From: Flammeovirgaceae bacterium
GTDB lineage: Bacteria; Bacteroidota; Bacteroidia; Cytophagales; Cyclobacteriaceae
NCBI GenBank assembly: GCA_027487845.1
Contig: JAIYCV010000006.1
Coordinates: forward strand, 36,940 to 100,939
DNA: 64,000 bases
Direction: 5' to 3'
Part shown: positions 62,678 through 64,000 of the stretch, piece after piece
Position numbering within the stretch: position 1 is the first letter of the stretch
Layout of the letters: every line of letters starts with the position of its first letter
Notes under the pieces: model-generated
Told to the model about the DNA's origin: nothing
Databases searched by the model: none
Seen by the model: only the letters and a program-made list of their open reading frames with translations
Translations under genes and position numbers: made by a program

Positions 62678-64000
62678 CTATTTCTTGATGAACCTCACTT
62701 GTTCCACTCGGTCGAAAAAAAGAATTCGCAACAAATACCCCCCGGGGCTTAGATGCTCTATCCGTGTCTGGTACACGTCATGGTTCTTCTCAAGTATTAA
62801 TGATGAAGTGGCCCGTCCGGTCATATCAAGCAACTGGGTTGATTTTACCTCCTCAATAATGCCACTTATTTGAAGCACACTCTCAACAGGGTTTGGAGAG
62901 ATGGAGATAACGGAAGTTTCTTGCTCAATATCACCCGTTATAATAGCCAGTTGATCGGCCGAGAATTCACTAAAACAATCATCTATTTGTACTTGTACTT
63001 TGTAAACCCCTGACGCGGCTACCGACAAAGTCTGATTAATTGCTCCGCTTACGGCTTTTTCGTCCAGATACCATTGGTTGCCCGCTGTGGCATCACTGGT
63101 AAGAATAATCGTTCCTGTGCTACTAGCCGATGTTATGTTTGGTTTTTTTGGCTTGACGCAAAAACCTTGTGTAACGTTCGTTGCGGCATTAAAATTATCA
63201 TTCCCCGCTTGGCTGGCCACAATAGACACACGACCCGCCTTTACTAAGGTTACCTGACTACTATTTATAGTAATTTTGTCGGACGAAGGAGCATAGGAAA
63301 CCGATAGATTAGAGGAAGTCGCCCCTGTCAGCGCAAAAGGAGCATCGCCTAATGTTTTATCTGCGAGTGTTGTGAAGGTAATGGATTGGTTTGCTTTGTT
63401 TACGGTAAGTGTTTGCGTAACATTTGCCGCGGCAGCAAATAAATCATTTCCTGCTTGACTAGCCGTAATAGTGGAAGTACCGACACCCACTATCGTTACG
63501 GTACTTCCAGAAACTGTGGCCACAGCCGTGTTACTGGAAGTGAAGGTGATGGGCAACTGGGAGCTTGCCGTTGCCGATAAGGCGAAGTTGGCATCGCCAA
63601 AGGTTTTGGTGGGCAAGGCGGCAAATGTAACAGACTGGCTTGCTTTTAGAAATGTAAACAATTGGCTACTAGTTGCTTTTTGTCCACCTACTGTTATGCT
63701 GATCGGTCCGGTGGTCGCACCTGATGGTACTGTTACTGTAAGTTGTGTGGCTGAGGCCATTGTTACCACCGCCACCGTTCCGTTAAACGATAGAATATTG
63801 TTGGTGGGGTTAATATCGAAGTTGGAGCCAGTGACTATAACTGAAGTTCCAATTGAACCTGATGCCGGGGTAAAGGAAGTAATTGTTGGCAAGGGCGGAG
63901 TAGCTAAGTTCTGTAGTATAGAAATTGAATTGTTGCCCGAATTAGCCGTGGCTATGTCCGGCAAATTATCGCCATTCAAATCACCCAAAGCGACCGACCT
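62678..64000 (-). CDS. T9SS type A cargo protein (FG-GAP repeat, IPT/TIG and Ig-like domains); 5' part outside the window
   Basis: GDLNGDNLPDIATAN, ITSFTPASG.IGTSV (IPT), two KASQS.TF..L..KT.GD repeats, and a C-terminal ISPNPV...LLDMTGR...GGYLL...RFIKK. Confidence 0.9.
   Translation of the reverse strand, partial: RSVALGDLNGDNLPDIATANSGNNSISILQNLATPPLPTITSFTPASGSIGTSVIVTGSNFDINPTNNILSFNGTVAVVTMASATQLTVTVPSGATTGPISITVGGQKATSSQLFTFLKASQSVTFAALPTKTFGDANFALSATASSQLPITFTSSNTAVATVSGSTVTIVGVGTSTITASQAGNDLFAAAANVTQTLTVNKANQSITFTTLADKTLGDAPFALTGATSSNLSVSYAPSSDKITINSSQVTLVKAGRVSIVASQAGNDNFNAATNVTQGFCVKPKKPNITSASSTGTIILTSDATAGNQWYLDEKAVSGAINQTLSVAASGVYKVQVQIDDCFSEFSADQLAIITGDIEQETSVISISPNPVESVLQISGIIEEVKSTQLLDMTGRATSSLILEKNHDVYQTRIEHLSPGGYLLRILFFDRVEQVRFIKK

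Noticed and set aside
1-64000. tRNA/rRNA genes and the many short overlapping ORFs of 60-145 aa in the track
   Set aside because: No cloverleaf or rRNA signature was seen by eye. The short ORFs lie antisense to, or out of frame within, longer motif-bearing genes.

Overview
This is a 64 kb chromosomal window from a Bacteroidota bacterium, probably Cytophagales. That placement is inferred from the type IX secretion (T9SS) cargo and PorP/SprF genes, the TAnnTTTG promoter elements and the Bacteroidota-type speA. About 55 CDS or gene remnants are present; I could not recognise any rRNA, tRNA or CRISPR array. Housekeeping and transport genes (RND efflux pair, APC permeases, SDR, greB, arginase/speA, HAD phosphatase, GT2, T9SS cargo + porP/sprF) surround an accessory region at about 6.5-27 kb. 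The best candidate for a little-described system is 7798-10556: an 85-aa protein ending in ...KGG-PCPPC-IGK, a 7-TM membrane protein, a single-TM HisKA_3 kinase with almost no sensor domain and a NarL/LuxR regulator. These genes are headed by a four-copy palindromic array (CCGTGG-N4-CCACGG) shared with a divergent cluster encoding a papain-like peptidase, a small TM peptide, a CHAP/peptidoglycan-binding hydrolase, membrane proteins and a patatin. Other notable items are a secreted tandem prokaryotic-YEATS protein, a REP-flanked RAYT transposase, a defence-like island (DUF488 gene pair, hipBST-like operon, truncated hsdR), a degenerate NDT-like/Tudor fusion, a PorP-OmpA fusion, readable operator motifs for three two-component systems, and several disrupted genes. 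All family assignments are from motif recognition only; no database searches were run.
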